Below, in pieces: positions 62,402 to 64,000 of a DNA stretch of 64,000 bases. Below the pieces are notes generated by a model that saw nothing but the letters and a program-made list of their open reading frames with translations, ran no database searches and was not told where the DNA came from. Each line of letters begins with the position of its first letter. Position 1 is the stretch's first letter. This stretch comes from an uncultured virus (IMG/VR IMGVR_UViG_3300013137_000012) (lineage: Duplodnaviria > Heunggongvirae > Uroviricota > Caudoviricetes). The translations under genes and the position numbers were made by a program. The stretch lies in IMG/VR virus record IMGVR_UViG_3300013137_000012; one strand, given 5' to 3'.

Positions 62402-63676
62402 TTGACAAAATCTGATATAATCAAAGAAACACTGAGACAAACACGATTAAAACGATCAACTCAAGATTGTAAGGTTTTTGAATTAAAAATAGATACTTCG
62501 CATATTTCTAACAAAAAACTCAATGATCTAAAACTTCTTTTTACTGAATCAAAATGGCTATATAATCATATTCTAAATCAGAAAAATATCTTTGATTTTG
62601 ATACTAAAATAAGCGTGGTACAAGCATTAGATAAAGATAAAAATACTGTTGATAAAACACTATCAATAATTGGATCTCAAATTAAACAATCAATACATTC
62701 AAGAATTATAGATTCTATAATAGCATTATCAAAACTAAAAGAAAAACACTATAAAGTTGGAAAACTTAAATTTAAATCCAGAATAAAATCTATTCCTTTA
62801 AAACAATACGGAGTAACTTTTAGATTTAATCCAACCAAACCAAACTATATAAAATTTCAAAACATTAAAGGTTATTTTAAGCTTAATGGTATTAAACAAA
62901 TTCCACAAAATGCAGAAATAACAAATGCTATTTTAATTAATAAAAATAATAACTATTATATCAAATTAACTTGTTATATACAAAAAGAAACCAAGAATTT
63001 TTTAGAAAAAGAAATAGGAATAGATTTTGGAATTCAAGATAATATCGTATTGTCTAATGGAGAAAAATTCAATATCAACATTCCAGAATCTACAAGAACT
63101 AGAAAACTAAGACGTAAATTATCTAGAAAACATGGATATAAAAAAGGACAGAAGAAATCCAAATCTTTTTATAAAAATCTAAATTTGATAAACGCATCTA
63201 TAGATAAAATCAATAATCAAAAGAAAGATTGCAAAAATAAAATTGTATCAAAAATAGTAAATAACTATGAAACAGTATGTGTTCAAGATGAAAATATTAA
63301 ACAGTGGAAAGATGGGATGTTCGGTAAGCAAGTTCACAATTCTGTTTTGGGAGGAATAATGAAAGATTTGTGTGTCAAATCTCATACTCTCAAAATAGTT
63401 GATAAGTATATGCCTACAACTCAATTATGTCCCGTTTGTTTTAAGCTAAATAAGATTAGTTTGAAACAAAGAGAATATATTTGTGAGTGTGGTTATAAAA
63501 ATGATAGAGATATTCATGCCGCTCAGAACATATTGAATATTGGCATGAACAGACTTGATATTAATAAAGTGTCTACGGAGTATAGACACTATAAATCTCC
63601 GATGGAGGGAATAGTCTCTGCTGTTGATTTAAACAGCAAGCTGTTTCTGTTGAAGTCGGAAGCCAACGTCCTTTAG
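62402..63676 (+). CDS. tnpB: TnpB RNA-guided nuclease family protein
   Basis: IGIDFG (RuvC-I), VQDENI (RuvC-II region), TTQLCPVC..CECG, DRDIHAAQNI (RuvC-III). Confidence 0.92.
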   Translation: MTKSDIIKETLRQTRLKRSTQDCKVFELKIDTSHISNKKLNDLKLLFTESKWLYNHILNQKNIFDFDTKISVVQALDKDKNTVDKTLSIIGSQIKQSIHSRIIDSIIALSKLKEKHYKVGKLKFKSRIKSIPLKQYGVTFRFNPTKPNYIKFQNIKGYFKLNGIKQIPQNAEITNAILINKNNNYYIKLTCYIQKETKNFLEKEIGIDFGIQDNIVLSNGEKFNINIPESTRTRKLRRKLSRKHGYKKGQKKSKSFYKNLNLINASIDKINNQKKDCKNKIVSKIVNNYETVCVQDENIKQWKDGMFGKQVHNSVLGGIMKDLCVKSHTLKIVDKYMPTTQLCPVCFKLNKISLKQREYICECGYKNDRDIHAAQNILNIGMNRLDINKVSTEYRHYKSPMEGIVSAVDLNSKLFLLKSEANVL

Positions 63677-64000
63677 GCGTTGGTAGCTCACAAGTGATGA
63701 ATAAAAACTGTTTAATTTGCAAATATAGCGTGCTTGATCCAGAAATGCAAGGTTATTCTGAATATACGCCAGGATCTTCAGCATCTTGGGATTGTATAAA
63801 GGGTCATTGGGTAGATAATCCTTTAATGTTACAGAAAGATGATTTTTTGAAACTTATTGAAACCGCAAAAACGTGTAAAGATTATGAACATTATAGAAAG
63901 GAATAATATGAAACTGGAAAAACAAGGCGATAAATATATTCTAACCGGAACGGTAATGTGTGTAAGTTGTGAAGGTACAGGGCTTTATAGAGGAATAGCA

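Larger units (their letters stand above)
61815..63691 (+). mobile_element. IS200/IS605-family insertion sequence (tnpA + tnpB)
   Basis: inserted 3' of TTAC; left hairpin AAAG-CCCACA..TGTGGG (61827-61851); right hairpin GAAG-CCAACG..CGTTGG; ends in TCAC; no target duplication. Confidence 0.9.

Noticed and set aside
61815..63691. IStron or Cas12/CRISPR locus
   Set aside because: No room for a group I intron core in the 170-bp left end, and no repeat array near tnpB.
1..64000. Stop-codon reassignment as in some jumbo phages
   Set aside because: Known genes are full length and tightly packed under code 11; TAG and TGA both end genes.

Overview
AT-rich, densely packed, almost entirely plus-strand segment of a large (jumbo-type) bacteriophage genome; standard genetic code. 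No structural module, tRNA or CRISPR array was seen. It carries nucleotide/DNA-metabolism genes (GuaB/GuaC-like, deoxyribosyltransferase-like, DenV-like glycosylase, MTase, macrodomain, RecJ, 5'-3' exonuclease, RuvB-like), three sigma-70-family factors, rIIA/rIIB, proteases/AAA+ ATPases, an AT-hook protein and a complete IS200/IS605 (tnpA+tnpB) element. Highlights: (1) ten otherwise divergent proteins share the N-terminal tag MK(I/T)RxGFVSNSSSxSF, seven of them clustered just downstream of an atypical radical SAM/SPASM enzyme, a candidate protein-tagging/modification system; (2) a 491-bp GC-rich insert made of two integron-type attC cassettes whose removal precisely restores an in-frame phage gene; (3) two promoter classes, with an exact 11-bp motif (TTCTGTAGTAC) 49 nt upstream of the -35 box in three promoters. 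Family assignments come from motif recognition only; no database searches were run.
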